Assembly: GCA_964436855.1 (NCBI GenBank)
Contig: CAYTED010000002.1
Span: 13,925-77,924 of the forward strand
Length of the DNA stretch: 64,000 nucleotides
DNA from: an uncultured Bdellovibrionales bacterium
Lineage (GTDB): Bacteria; Patescibacteriota; Minisyncoccia; Moranbacterales; UBA1568
Reading direction: 5' to 3'
The notes below the pieces were generated by a model. That model worked only from the letters and a program-made list of their open reading frames with translations. It had not been told where the DNA came from and did not search any database. The translations under genes and the position numbers were made by a program. This document shows, piece by piece, positions 19,007 to 29,416 of this stretch (the stretch's first letter is position 1; every line of letters starts with the position of its first letter).

Positions 19007-20275
19007 TTACTGTTCCCAAAGGGAAAGAAGGCGGTTGTATTTGGCGAGACGTTCACCGCGGGAGAGTGATCCGGTCTTGATAAATTCCGCGCCCGCACCG
19101 ACGGCAAGATCGGCGATAAAATCGTCGCAGGTTTCTCCGGATCGGTGCGAGACGACTCGTTCCATTGCATGTGTTTGCGCGAGTTTCATGCAGTCGAGCG
19201 TTTCGGAGAGGGTACCGATCTGATTTACCTTAATAAGAACCGCATTGCATGCCCCGGTATCAATCGCTTTTTGTACACGCTTTGGGTTGGTAACGAGGAG
19301 ATCATCGCCGATCAGCATTGTTTTTTTGTTCCACGCAGCCGGTTCTTTCTCGAGTTTTTCGCGCATCCCTTTCCATCCGTCCCAGTCTTCTTCACCGAGA
19401 CCGTCTTCGATTGAAATGACATTCCACTTCCCAATCCATTCGCGATAGAGATTGACAAGCGATTCGCGAGTGAGCGAAACATTTTCCGGCTTCAAGATAT
19501 ATTGATTCTCCGATTCGCTGTAAAAAGAATTTGCCGCGACATCGAGTCCGATTCCGATTTCTTTTCCTGCATGGTATCCCGCTTCCGTGATGGCGATATT
19601 TAAGAGTTCGAGTGCGCGCGAATGACTCTCGAGTCGAGGCGCGAAGCCGCCCTCATCGCCCACACCGACGGAAAGCGATTCTTTTTCAAGGAGTTTTTTC
19701 AGCGTGTGAAAGATTTCGCTTCCGGCACGGAGCTGCTCGGGATAATGAGAGATACCGAATGGGACAATTTTGAACTCCTGAATGGAAAGTCCGGAATCGC
19801 TGTGTTTCCCGCCATTCAGCACATTGAACATTGGAATCGGAAAAGTCTTAGATTTATTTTCGGAAAGCGATCGGATATGTTCGGCGAGAGAAATTTTTTT
19901 CGATATCGCCGCTGCCCGCGCGGCCGCAAGCGAAATACCGAGTATTGCATTTGCGCCGAGTGATGCTTTATTTTCCGTTCCGTCGGTTGCGATGAGTTTG
20001 TCGTCGAGTGCTTTTTGGTCGTTCACATCGAGTCCAATCGCGACATCGCGCAGTACGGTATTCGCGTTTTCGACCGCTTTTAACACGCCTGCGCCAAGAT
20101 AGCGCTTGGGATCGTCGTCGCGGAGCTCGATCGCTTCAAACGATCCGGTTGAGGCGCCGGAAGGTACGCCAGCAATCGCTTCGGTTCCATCGTCGAGCGC
20201 GAGCCATACTTCGACAGTCGGCTTCCCTCGGGAGTCGAGAATTTCGCGTGCTTTTAAATCAGAAATATACGCCAT
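19007..20275 (-). CDS. eno: Enolase
   Basis: REILDSRGKPTVE, GDEGGFAP and SHRSGET motifs. Confidence 0.99.
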   Translation of the reverse strand: MAYISDLKAREILDSRGKPTVEVWLALDDGTEAIAGVPSGASTGSFEAIELRDDDPKRYLGAGVLKAVENANTVLRDVAIGLDVNDQKALDDKLIATDGTENKASLGANAILGISLAAARAAAISKKISLAEHIRSLSENKSKTFPIPMFNVLNGGKHSDSGLSIQEFKIVPFGISHYPEQLRAGSEIFHTLKKLLEKESLSVGVGDEGGFAPRLESHSRALELLNIAITEAGYHAGKEIGIGLDVAANSFYSESENQYILKPENVSLTRESLVNLYREWIGKWNVISIEDGLGEEDWDGWKGMREKLEKEPAAWNKKTMLIGDDLLVTNPKRVQKAIDTGACNAVLIKVNQIGTLSETLDCMKLAQTHAMERVVSHRSGETCDDFIADLAVGAGAEFIKTGSLSRGERLAKYNRLLSLWEQ

Positions 20276-20298
20276 ACGGATGTGTTTTCAAATCGGAG

Positions 20299-21351
20299 TT
20301 AATGAAGCAGCACTTCGATTCCCGGAAGCTGTTTTCCGGAGAGAAATTCAAGCATTGCGCCGCCGCCGGTTGAAACAAATTTTATTTTTTCAAAAGCGTG
20401 GTGTTTTTCGAGGATGCCAAGTGATTCGCCGCCACCCATCACACTAAAGGCATTTGACTCTAGAATTGCATCGAGTACGGCGCTTGTTCCTGTATCATAG
20501 GGTGTTTCTTCAAATTTTCCCATTGGGCCGTTCCAGACAATGGTTTTTGCTTTTGATATTTTCTCGACAAACGTCCGAATAGTGTTCGGTCCGATATCGA
20601 GACGGTTTTCGGAATCGAAATCCGTTGGGAGAAGTATTTTTTTCGAAAAGGAGATGCACTGGTCGATCGCTTCATTGGCGACTTTGCCACCGACAAGAAT
20701 CCAATCATAATTTTTTTCGAGTGCTTGAATGAGTGGGAGTTTGGTTTCGACTTTCGCGCCGCCGATAATTGCAATCGCCGGATGATCGGGGTTGGATCGA
20801 ACGCGGTCAAGCTCGGTGATTTCCCGAATGAGTTGAAAGCCGGCGTAGCTTGGGAGAATCATGGTGATTCCCGTTACAGACGCTTGATTTCGGTGGGAAA
20901 CGCTAAACGCGTCGTTTATAAACATATGAAACGGTTTCGCGAGATTTTGCGAAAATCGGAAATCGCGTTTTTCTTCTTCCGGATAAAAACGGACATTTTC
21001 GAGAAGAAGGACGTCTTCTTCGGGGAGTGTGGCGAGAGCGTCTTCGACAACGGGCCCAATGCAATCGGATACAAAGTGCACTTTTCGGCCAAGGAGTTTC
21101 TCTACCTCGGGAACAAGGGTTTTTGTGGAAAATTTCGGATTTCGAACACCCTCCGGTCGGCCGAGATGTGTTAACAGCGCAACCTTTGTTCGTTCTTTCG
21201 AGAGGAGAAAGTCGATAGTTTCTTTGGCGGCCGCTATCTTGAAGGTTTCTTTCGGTATTCCGGTTGTCTCGTCGAATTCAATATTGAAATCAACGCGCAT
21301 GAGTATTTTCCGTCCAATCGTATCGACCGTATTTATGTGTTTCAATTCCAT
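20299..21351 (-). CDS. pgk: Phosphoglycerate kinase (compact form)
   Basis: RVDFN, HLGRP, WNGPMG and VSTGGGA motifs. Confidence 0.97.
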   Translation of the reverse strand: MELKHINTVDTIGRKILMRVDFNIEFDETTGIPKETFKIAAAKETIDFLLSKERTKVALLTHLGRPEGVRNPKFSTKTLVPEVEKLLGRKVHFVSDCIGPVVEDALATLPEEDVLLLENVRFYPEEEKRDFRFSQNLAKPFHMFINDAFSVSHRNQASVTGITMILPSYAGFQLIREITELDRVRSNPDHPAIAIIGGAKVETKLPLIQALEKNYDWILVGGKVANEAIDQCISFSKKILLPTDFDSENRLDIGPNTIRTFVEKISKAKTIVWNGPMGKFEETPYDTGTSAVLDAILESNAFSVMGGGESLGILEKHHAFEKIKFVSTGGGAMLEFLSGKQLPGIEVLLH

Positions 21352-21360
21352 ACATCTCGT

Positions 21361-22479
21361 TTACTTGATTAGATCTCCACTTCCCATTATACCGATAATC
21401 ACGCCAAGAAGCGATGTGAGTGCGGTAAAGACCCATACACGCATTGTTACTTTTGGCTCCGGCCACCCTTTTGCTTCAAAGTGGTGATGAAGTGGTGCGG
21501 CAAGGAATACCTTTTTTCCAAAAAATCGTTTCGCGGTGAGCTGAATGGCGACACTTCCGGATTCAAGGATGTAGACGAAAACGATAATAAACAAAATTGG
21601 AACGGCATTGGTGAGCATAGCAACAACACCGAGCGTCGTTCCGAGTGAGATCGCGCCAGTATCGCCCATAAAAAATCGCGCGGGATAAATGTTGAACCAC
21701 AGGAACGCAAGGAGCGCCCCAGCAATCGCGGCGCAAAACGCAGAGAGGTCAGTCTTATTTTGAACAAAAGCGAGAATCGCGAAAGAAAAGAATGCAAAAA
21801 GAAGCACGCCGGCGTTCAAGCCATCAAGTCCATCGGTTTCATTGGAAGAAATCGCCGTGAAGAGGATGACAAAAATAAAGAGCGGGATATACCACCATCC
21901 AATTTGAAAATCGCCGAGTGCGGGAATATGGATCGTATCCCAGCCGAGCTTGGAATAAAACCACCACGCGCCGACACCAGCGATAAGAAAAAGCCACCAG
22001 AACCGAAGTGCAAATCGCATCCCCCCACCCTTGTTCGATCCGACTCGCCGAACACTCATATAATCATCGCAAAGCCCGAGTATGCCGGATGTACAGAGCA
22101 CAAAAAGTGGAAGCCACGTTTGCGATCTTCGGAAAAAATCAAGTCTGGCGATAAAGTCGATGTCCAATATTTTTGCTAATAATGGAAAAATATATTCTGA
22201 AGCGAGTGCAAGTGTGATAACGGATACCCAGACAATGACCCCTCCCATTGTTGGGGTGTTTGCTTTCCACGCATGGAGCGTACTGATAACACTCAACTTG
22301 TCTCCCTGAACCGAGTTTGATTTTATCTTAATCCCGATCTTGTATTTATAGAGAATACTGGTCCAGAACGGTGTCAGTATAAAAGCAAGAAAAAAACTAA
22401 AAAATCCGGTTACCAGCACCTTTACAACATTCATTACATTTGGCAGAGTTTGAATTTGCGCGATTTGCAGGGTTTCCAT
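21361..22479 (-). CDS. mraY: Phospho-N-acetylmuramoyl-pentapeptide transferase
   Basis: TPTMGG, TDGLDGL, FMGDTG and APLHHHFE motifs. Confidence 0.96.
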   Translation of the reverse strand: METLQIAQIQTLPNVMNVVKVLVTGFFSFFLAFILTPFWTSILYKYKIGIKIKSNSVQGDKLSVISTLHAWKANTPTMGGVIVWVSVITLALASEYIFPLLAKILDIDFIARLDFFRRSQTWLPLFVLCTSGILGLCDDYMSVRRVGSNKGGGMRFALRFWWLFLIAGVGAWWFYSKLGWDTIHIPALGDFQIGWWYIPLFIFVILFTAISSNETDGLDGLNAGVLLFAFFSFAILAFVQNKTDLSAFCAAIAGALLAFLWFNIYPARFFMGDTGAISLGTTLGVVAMLTNAVPILFIIVFVYILESGSVAIQLTAKRFFGKKVFLAAPLHHHFEAKGWPEPKVTMRVWVFTALTSLLGVIIGIMGSGDLIK

Positions 22480-22587
22480 AGAACATTCAGAACAAGATAA
22501 CGGGTAACGGATATTTTATAAACAGGCTTTTCTCGCCCCTTTTCTTTCAGATACCTGTATTATCTATTATCTGGTATCTACTGTCTA

Positions 22588-23619
22588 TTATCTCCAGTCA
22601 AACGAAGAAAAACTCCATTTGAACATCGAACGAATACTCTCCCATCGATAGAGGTCATCCAATACAACCGCGATGACTCGGTGTTCACCACTTTCATCTG
22701 TCGCCGCAGCAAGAAGAGACCGTCCGGCAAGCGGAGTGAATCCGGTTTTCGTTCCGAGGAGATTTGGAAATTGACCAAGGAGTTCGTTTGTATTGAAAAT
22801 CTCGTGTTCATATGTCCCATCTGCAGAAGAGATGATTTTTCTCTCTGTGCGCATCATTTCCCACAGGATTTGGTATTTGAGTGCTGCCGCAGTAATGGTC
22901 GCCATATCTTTCGCGCTTGAATAACACTCGCTCTCTCGCCCTTCCGGTTCGAGTCCGGATGGTGTGCAAAAGTGAGAATTTTCAAGACCAAGCGACTTCG
23001 CGCGTTCGTTCATAATATTCGCAAATCCCTCTATTGATCCGCCGACATGTTTTCCAAGGGCGGTTGCGGCATCATTCGCGCTATTCATCAGCGCGGCATA
23101 CAATAGATTCCGAACGGAAATTTTCTCTCCGACTTTCAGGCGTTCTCCATTACAAAAACCGGAACGCGGGCATCCGACGCGCGTTCCCTCGATATATATT
23201 TCATCGCCGATGGTTACGAGTTCATCGAGATTTTTGACTCGTTCAACTACAATGAGGGTCGTAAACATTTTCGTCAGTGAGGCGACCTGACGACGCTCGT
23301 TTCCATTGCGATCATACAGGATGGATCCGGAGTCCGCATCGAGAATAATTGCGGCATGCGCCGTTGTTACCGCAAGATTGAGCGCGTAAGGTTTTTTTTC
23401 TGGCCGGAAGATTGTTGCAAAAGAATGATTTTCTTCAAGAACGGGAATGTCCGGTTTCTTTTTTTTGTCTGAAGCGCCCTGTACGCTTCCCGTTTCTTCG
23501 TTTTTTTGTTTCTCGACAACCGGATTCTTTTCCGGATTTTTCTCGAATGCAAAATATGCCGCGCCGAGAAACGAAGCAAGCACAAAGAAAAAAAGCGAAA
23601 AGAAAAAGATTCGCATCAT
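22588..23619 (-). CDS. D-alanyl-D-alanine carboxypeptidase (peptidase S11)
   Basis: ASLTK (SxxK), SAN (SxN) and KTG motifs; N-terminal TM. Confidence 0.95.
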   Translation of the reverse strand: MMRIFFFSLFFFVLASFLGAAYFAFEKNPEKNPVVEKQKNEETGSVQGASDKKKKPDIPVLEENHSFATIFRPEKKPYALNLAVTTAHAAIILDADSGSILYDRNGNERRQVASLTKMFTTLIVVERVKNLDELVTIGDEIYIEGTRVGCPRSGFCNGERLKVGEKISVRNLLYAALMNSANDAATALGKHVGGSIEGFANIMNERAKSLGLENSHFCTPSGLEPEGRESECYSSAKDMATITAAALKYQILWEMMRTERKIISSADGTYEHEIFNTNELLGQFPNLLGTKTGFTPLAGRSLLAAATDESGEHRVIAVVLDDLYRWESIRSMFKWSFSSFDWR

Positions 23620-23625
23620 ATCAAA

Positions 23626-24249
23626 TTATTGTGTTTCGGTCGGTTTTTCATTTCCCGGATTCCGCTCCGGAGGATTTTGTTCGGAAACGGAATCATTCGT
23701 ATTGTCGAGGAGTTTCTGTATTTTCGGATCTTGCGAGAGTATTTCAAAATTCGGTAAATCTTCTTTTTTGCGGAGACCGAGTGTCTTGAGAAATTCAAGG
23801 GATGGCGAGTATACGTATCCGCGCGCGTCGTCGGGATTTCCCTCGCGTTCGATGAGGCCGCGCAGAAGAAGATTGCGAAGCGAAAAACTCGAATTGACGC
23901 CGCGAATGGAGTCGATTTCAGCGCGTGTAACCGGAGCGCGGTAAGCGACAACAGAAAGAGTTTCAAGCGCCGCTTTGGAAAGCTCTTCGTCGATTTCCGA
24001 TTCCGCGAATGCGCGGATAACCGAAGCATTTCCCGCTTTAGTTCCAAGTTGGACGGACCCTTCGTTTCGTACGAGAGAAAGGCCCGACGCGGATTCTTCA
24101 TAGCGGGATTCAAGCGTATCCAGGAGTGGTGGAATTTCGCTCGTTTCAACATCGAGTGTTTTTGCGATGCGCTTGTGTGATACCGGATCACCCGCCGCAA
24201 AAAGGAGGGTTTCGAGTTTCGAGAGAAATTCGGGGGTATTCGTATCCAT
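23626..24249 (-). CDS. scpB: SMC-Scp complex subunit ScpB
   Basis: LSKAALETLSVVAY and IDSIRGVNS motifs; start set at ATG 24249. Confidence 0.95.
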   Translation of the reverse strand: MDTNTPEFLSKLETLLFAAGDPVSHKRIAKTLDVETSEIPPLLDTLESRYEESASGLSLVRNEGSVQLGTKAGNASVIRAFAESEIDEELSKAALETLSVVAYRAPVTRAEIDSIRGVNSSFSLRNLLLRGLIEREGNPDDARGYVYSPSLEFLKTLGLRKKEDLPNFEILSQDPKIQKLLDNTNDSVSEQNPPERNPGNEKPTETQ

Positions 24250-24268
24250 AGGAAATATTGTAGCGGGT

Positions 24269-25006
24269 TTATTCTTTTTCATCCAACGGGTTATTCTGCG
24301 TGTCTCCGTCGTGTTTTCGAAATCTGATTTCACCGAAAAGTTCGCCTTGTTCGGCATGGACGATACGCTGTTTTACGAGTTCGAGGAGCGCGAGAAAAGA
24401 GACGATAATATGAACACGGTCTTTTGTTTTCTCAATAACTTCCGAGAATGATCGTTCGAGCCTGTCTTGTATGGAGCGTTGCAAGAGCGAGATTTTTTCT
24501 TCGAGCGTAACAACCTCATTGACGCGCGACTCTTCGAGTTTTTCGAAAGCGGGAATACCTCCAAGGATATATCGAAAAGATCGAGCGAGATTTTCTCCTG
24601 AAAAATTTTTCGGCGGAAGAAAAAATGTCAATGAGCCGAGGGACGGTTCTCGCGAAAAAATTTTCGACGTACCGTATCGAGCGGCGATTTGAGCGGCCGC
24701 TTCTTTGAAAAGTTTGTAGCGTTTGAGTTCGGACTCAAGGTCCCCCACCTCGGTTTCTTCATCATCGGTGAATTCGAGAATAGGAAGAAGCGCTCGCGAC
24801 TTGATGAGAATAAGTCGCGCGGCGACCGAGAGAAATGACGCGAGGTGTTCGAGTGAAATATGCTCTTCGCGACGGAGGTATTCGAGATATTGTTCCGTAA
24901 CCTCGGCAAGACTGACGCGGGTGATGTCGAGCTTTTCTTTCTCAATGAGAGCGAGTAAAAGTTCGAGTGGTCCCTCGAATTGTTCGATTTGAATGCGATA
25001 TTCCAT
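24269..25006 (-). CDS. scpA: Segregation/condensation protein ScpA
   Basis: FEGPLELLL and FLALLEL motifs. Confidence 0.96.
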   Translation of the reverse strand: MEYRIQIEQFEGPLELLLALIEKEKLDITRVSLAEVTEQYLEYLRREEHISLEHLASFLSVAARLILIKSRALLPILEFTDDEETEVGDLESELKRYKLFKEAAAQIAARYGTSKIFSREPSLGSLTFFLPPKNFSGENLARSFRYILGGIPAFEKLEESRVNEVVTLEEKISLLQRSIQDRLERSFSEVIEKTKDRVHIIVSFLALLELVKQRIVHAEQGELFGEIRFRKHDGDTQNNPLDEKE

Positions 25007-25048
25007 TACTCCCCCATAGTAGCAAGTTTTTGTTTTCCCGAAAAGGCT

Positions 25049-26236
25049 TTAAATCGCCCTTTCCGCAATGTCGTCAGTCAGAGGGAGCGCAAAAAGAAAA
25101 ACGAGAAAAAATATGAAAGCGACGATTATAAATACGGAAGGAAGCGGGAAAAACACAAGGAATGGCACAAGAATAATCGCCGCGAGGATATTGGCAGCAG
25201 GCCGCGCGGTGCGAAAAAAAGAAATGATATCAAGATCGTTCCCGTCGATTTGTTTGTAGAAATATGAATCGCGAAGAACTTCGATGGTTGCCGCGCCGAT
25301 GCGAGTACAAAAGAGGAGTCCGGCCCAAAGCGCGACCGATGGTGTCGCAACAAACGCAACGAACAGTGTCGAGATACCGGAGAGAAATATCCCCCCGAGG
25401 AGAAATTCTTTCTCTCCGGTAAACGTGTCCGCGATCCATCCGAGCGGATACTGAAGAATGACAAAGGGGATAAGCATAATCGTAAACACCGTTCCAATAT
25501 CGGTCCACGACATTCCGATCGAGAGGAGATAAATCGGCATATAAATCGTCATTACGGCGAAGAAAAATTCAAGCGAAAAGGAAATCGTATAAATTCGTGC
25601 GAAATCTTTTTCGCGGAGCATTTTCCGGAGTACCGCCATCGGTTTCAGATCAAGTGAGGCGAGTCCTATTTCTGGTTCTTTGCGAAGAAAAAGGAGAGAG
25701 AGGGCGAGAATGAGGGAGAATCCGGCGACAAGGACGAAAAAAATACCTTCAAAACCGAAATGATCGAGTGTACGAGTGGAAATCAGCGGCCCGCAGAGAA
25801 TGCCGATATTCATAATGGTCAGGTGAAGTCCGCGAATACGCCCGGACACCTTGTCGGCGGAATAGGCCTCAAGAATGATATCAAGTATGACCCAGGTAAT
25901 ATTGGTCAGAAAAAGAAAGGCGGACAAGAGTATCGCGCCCATAAACGATATGGGGAGTTTGGAAAGTATGGCAGATACGAACACGAGCGCGATGAGCGAG
26001 ATAAGAAAAGAGCGTATTCTTCCTATGTGTCTGACAATTGGTCGAAGAAAAAAAAGCGTCAAAAGACTTATTCCGTAGGAGATAAGGTAGAATATCCCGA
26101 CATTATCGCTGTGCAATACTTCTGCGAAATACGACGAGAGGACGTAGAGAAGCGACGCTTCGGTAACGCCGATCAAGAAAGAAAGCAGGGAAATAAATCG
26201 CGTTTTACCGTGATCAAGGTGTTCGGAGTGGGTCAT
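25049..26236 (-). CDS. MFS transporter
   Basis: About 12 hydrophobic segments; GWIAD motif. Confidence 0.88.
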   Translation of the reverse strand: MTHSEHLDHGKTRFISLLSFLIGVTEASLLYVLSSYFAEVLHSDNVGIFYLISYGISLLTLFFLRPIVRHIGRIRSFLISLIALVFVSAILSKLPISFMGAILLSAFLFLTNITWVILDIILEAYSADKVSGRIRGLHLTIMNIGILCGPLISTRTLDHFGFEGIFFVLVAGFSLILALSLLFLRKEPEIGLASLDLKPMAVLRKMLREKDFARIYTISFSLEFFFAVMTIYMPIYLLSIGMSWTDIGTVFTIMLIPFVILQYPLGWIADTFTGEKEFLLGGIFLSGISTLFVAFVATPSVALWAGLLFCTRIGAATIEVLRDSYFYKQIDGNDLDIISFFRTARPAANILAAIILVPFLVFFPLPSVFIIVAFIFFLVFLFALPLTDDIAERAI

Positions 26237-26253
26237 TTTTTTTTGTTTTTGAT

Positions 26254-26655
26254 TTACTTGAGGCAGCCGGGTCGGTATCCTTTTGATTCCGCGTCTTCTT
26301 TGGACGTAAAGCACCGTTTATTTTCATTTTTAATTCTACGGGCTGCGGCGCATTTCGGCAAATGATACAATGTCGAGTTTTTACTGCCGACATAGAGACA
26401 GTTTGCCGGTGCCGTCTTTTCTGAAACAACCGATTCGCCGAGTACCGATACGGGGAGGTAACTCGTTTTCTCTTGAGAGCTTTTCGGTTCGACCACCTCA
26501 ATTGAAATCGGCGATGTTTTGTCTGAAAGAGCGCGCACAAGACCAACTTCGTAGCCGATAATTCCGACAGAAACAAGTCCGATAAAAAGGAGTATTTTTT
26601 CCGTGTGAGGACGAATTTTTTCGATACGGGATCGCCCGAATTCAAAGGGATTCAT
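26254..26655 (-). CDS. Membrane-anchored protein with Ada-like metal-binding C-terminal domain
   Basis: One TM, then YVGSKNSTLYHLPKC...GYRPGC. Confidence 0.8.
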   Translation of the reverse strand: MNPFEFGRSRIEKIRPHTEKILLFIGLVSVGIIGYEVGLVRALSDKTSPISIEVVEPKSSQEKTSYLPVSVLGESVVSEKTAPANCLYVGSKNSTLYHLPKCAAARRIKNENKRCFTSKEDAESKGYRPGCLK

Positions 26656-26682
26656 TGACAGCGTTTAAAAATATGATATACT
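26655..26682 (+). promoter_or_regulatory. sigma70 promoter upstream of rpmA
   Basis: TTGACA-16-TATACT with extended -10 TG. Confidence 0.75.
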
Positions 26683-26699
26683 CGATTATACTCTGTTTT

Positions 26700-26864
26700 A
26701 GAGCGTATCTCAAAAATATTCTTTGACTTGCTTTCCGTCGTTTTCGGCTGCAACATCCCTCGCTTTCGTCGGGGTATCTCTCCCGATAGCCCTTCCTCAA
26801 GCGATGAATGTTTCGCTCGAAAATGTCAGGAAAACGTCCCAAAGCTATTTTTGAGACACGCTCT
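26700..26864. other. ~165-nt long imperfect hairpin (MITE-like element or structured leader/ncRNA)
   Basis: Terminal inverted repeats AGAGCGTATCTCAAAAATA / TATTTTTGAGACACGCTCT with nested internal complementarity. Confidence 0.7.
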
Positions 26865-26892
26865 CAATTCTAAAAGGTAACTTTTTGAAGAT

Positions 26893-27177
26893 ATGGCAAC
26901 CAGAAAAGCCGGTGGATCAACCAGTCTCGGCCGCGATTCCATTTCCAAACGTCTTGGCGTGAAAGCCTATGGTGGTGAAGCGGTGAGCGCGGGCGAGGTT
27001 ATTATTCGGCAACGCGGAACAAAATATCATCTCGGAAAAAACGTTCGAAAAGGCGCAGACGATACGATTTATGCGTCGGTTTCGGGTCGTGTTGAGTTCA
27101 AGGAAAAGAAGACGAAAGCTTTTACCGGAAAACTCGCGAAGCGAATGTTTGTGAGCGTTGTTCCAAACGCGGCGTAA
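26893..27177 (+). CDS. rpmA: 50S ribosomal protein L27
   Basis: [16 protein letters not shown] and IIRQRGTK motifs. Confidence 0.98.
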   Translation: MATRKAGGSTSLGRDSISKRLGVKAYGGEAVSAGEVIIRQRGTKYHLGKNVRKGADDTIYASVSGRVEFKEKKTKAFTGKLAKRMFVSVVPNAA

Positions 27178-27199
27178 CATTTCTTTTCTCGGATTATGG

Positions 27200-27228
27200 A
27201 AACACCCCATTTCAGGGGTGTTTTTTTT
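27200..27228. terminator. Bidirectional terminator between rpmA and pyrG
   Basis: AAACACCCC-ATTTCA-GGGGTGTTT followed by a T tract. Confidence 0.8.
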
Positions 27229-28878
27229 CTATTTCTGCTCCGTACACGCTTTCAGGAAAGCAAGGAAGAGCGGGTTTGGTTGGAAGATGGTTGATTGAAA
27301 TTCCGGGTGGAATTGGGAGGCAAGAAAGAATGGGTGTTGTGATTTCGGAAGTTCGGCAATTTCCATAAGAACGCCGTTCGGCGAAGTTGCGGAAAATACA
27401 AGTCCTGATTTTTCGAATTCGGAGACGTATGCAGGATTCACTTCATAGCGATGACGATGCCGTTCGGAAATTTCGGTTACTTTTCCATACGCATCGGAAG
27501 CGATTGTTCCTTTTTTGAGGACTGCCGGGTATGAGCCGAGCCGCATGGTCGCGCCGAAGTTTCGTTTGCGGAGATTTTCTTTTTGTTCCGGCATAATGTC
27601 GATAACCGGATGGTTTGTTTTTGCATTCACCTCGGTCGTGTTGGCATCCGAAAGTCCGAGGATATTGCGCGCGTATTCGATAACAAGAAGCTGCATTCCA
27701 TAACAGAGACCGAAGTAAGGAATCTTGTGTATTCGGCAAAATTCGATCGCTTTTATTTTCCCCTCCACGCCGCGCGCGCCGAAACCTCCCGGCACGAGAA
27801 TCCCGTCGTATTCTTTCAGGGTTTCGAGTCGCGAAGGATCCTTTTCGAAAGTTTCACTATCGAGCCAGCAGAGTTCCGGTTTTCGACCGACGGCGAAACT
27901 CGCGTGTTTGAGTGATTCGATCACGCTGATATAGGCATCGGAAAGAACAAACTCCCCTGTTTTAAAATATTTTCCGATCACGCCGATCTTCACCGTTTTT
28001 TTGAACGTGCGGATTTTTTCGACATACTGTCGCCATTCGCCCAGAGTGTCTTTTCTTGCCCGAAGCCCGAGTTTTTTCAAGATTGTTCGACTTAAGCCAT
28101 CTTTCTCGAAATTGACCGGCACATCGTAAATCGATTCGATATCCGGCGCGCTGACCACATCTTCTTTCTTGACATTGCAAAATACGGCGATTTTTTCTTT
28201 CCGTTTTTCATCGAGTGATCGATCGGCGCGCGCAACGATAAAATCCGGCTGAATACCCGCAGCGTTCAGTGTTCGTGCGGCGTATTGGGTCGGTTTCGTT
28301 TTCATCTCACCGATTTTTGATGGTGTCGGAAGGTAGCTCACCATTACAAACAAGACATCGTACGGGTGTTCGGCTTTCAACATTCGCGCCGCTTCGAGAA
28401 AAAGAACGTTTTGGTATTCCCCGATCGTTCCCCCGATTTCGATTACGGCGATTTCCGCTTTTGTTTTTCGGGCGGCTGTTTTGATCCGATGAATCACTTC
28501 AAGCGGGATATGAGGGACGACCTCGACACACTTTCCTTGGTATTCAAGGTTTCGTTCGCGATTGATGACTGTCTGATAGACGCGTCCGGTCGTCATATAG
28601 TTCTCGCTCCCAAGTGTGATTCCGAGGAATCGTTCGTAATTTCCCATATCCTGATCGGTTTCGTATCCGTCGGAAAGCACAAATACCTCCCCGTGTTCGG
28701 TTGGGTTCATCGTACCGGCATCTACATTGATATACGGATCGATCTTGAGCGCCGTAATGTTGAATCCGCGAGCTTGAAGAATTTTTCCGATCGAAGAGGT
28801 GGTGATTCCTTTTCCGACTCCGCTCATTACGCCGCCGACCACAAAAATATATTTCGTATTCGTTTTTCGTTTCGCCAT
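27229..28878 (-). CDS. pyrG: CTP synthase
   Basis: GGVMSGVGKG, GLCYGMQ and QFHPEF motifs. Confidence 0.99.
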   Translation of the reverse strand: MAKRKTNTKYIFVVGGVMSGVGKGITTSSIGKILQARGFNITALKIDPYINVDAGTMNPTEHGEVFVLSDGYETDQDMGNYERFLGITLGSENYMTTGRVYQTVINRERNLEYQGKCVEVVPHIPLEVIHRIKTAARKTKAEIAVIEIGGTIGEYQNVLFLEAARMLKAEHPYDVLFVMVSYLPTPSKIGEMKTKPTQYAARTLNAAGIQPDFIVARADRSLDEKRKEKIAVFCNVKKEDVVSAPDIESIYDVPVNFEKDGLSRTILKKLGLRARKDTLGEWRQYVEKIRTFKKTVKIGVIGKYFKTGEFVLSDAYISVIESLKHASFAVGRKPELCWLDSETFEKDPSRLETLKEYDGILVPGGFGARGVEGKIKAIEFCRIHKIPYFGLCYGMQLLVIEYARNILGLSDANTTEVNAKTNHPVIDIMPEQKENLRKRNFGATMRLGSYPAVLKKGTIASDAYGKVTEISERHRHRYEVNPAYVSEFEKSGLVFSATSPNGVLMEIAELPKSQHPFFLASQFHPEFQSTIFQPNPLFLAFLKACTEQK

Positions 28879-28975
28879 AGCTTTCTTCCGGTATTACTAT
28901 TTATTGATTTTACAGAGAAAAAGTCGCCCCACATATCTGGAAACGACCTTTCTTTTCAATGACGTAAAAAAACGT

Positions 28976-29416
28976 TTATTCCCCAATCAATTCAACCGAA
29001 AATTTTGTCTGAATACCGTTTCCAAAATTCGCTTGTACGGAAAACGTTCCAATTTCTTTGAGCGGCCTTTCGAGTCGAAGCTCTTTTCTTTCAAGCGTCA
29101 TTCCGAGTAACCCAAGCGCTTCCGCGATATCTCCCTCGTGTACCGCCCCGAACAATTTTCCATTTCTTGATTTTCTTCGGATGGTTACCGTATACCCGGA
29201 CAGTTTCGCGGCAATTTCTTTCGATATCTCTTTTTTCTTTTCCGTTTCGATGTCGATACGACGTTTTTTTTCCGTGAGATTTTTGAGAGCACTCCCTGTC
29301 GCCGGTTGCGCGAGTTTTTTCGGGAGGAGTGCGTTCATCGCATACCCATCGGAAACGGTTTTCACCTCCCCTTTTCGGCCGGTTCCTTTCACATCTTGGA
29401 GGAGAATTACCTTCAT
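28976..29416 (-). CDS. rplI: 50S ribosomal protein L9
   Basis: MKVILLQDVKG, GYAMN and GKLFGAV motifs. Confidence 0.96.
   Translation of the reverse strand: MKVILLQDVKGTGRKGEVKTVSDGYAMNALLPKKLAQPATGSALKNLTEKKRRIDIETEKKKEISKEIAAKLSGYTVTIRRKSRNGKLFGAVHEGDIAEALGLLGMTLERKELRLERPLKEIGTFSVQANFGNGIQTKFSVELIGE

Noticed and set aside
19007-19040. Enolase truncation or pseudogene
   Set aside because: All catalytic motifs through ERLAKYNRLL are present; only a variable tail is short.
28915-28960. pyrG attenuator
   Set aside because: The hairpin is simply explained as the rplI terminator, and a -10-like TAAAAT lies downstream of it.
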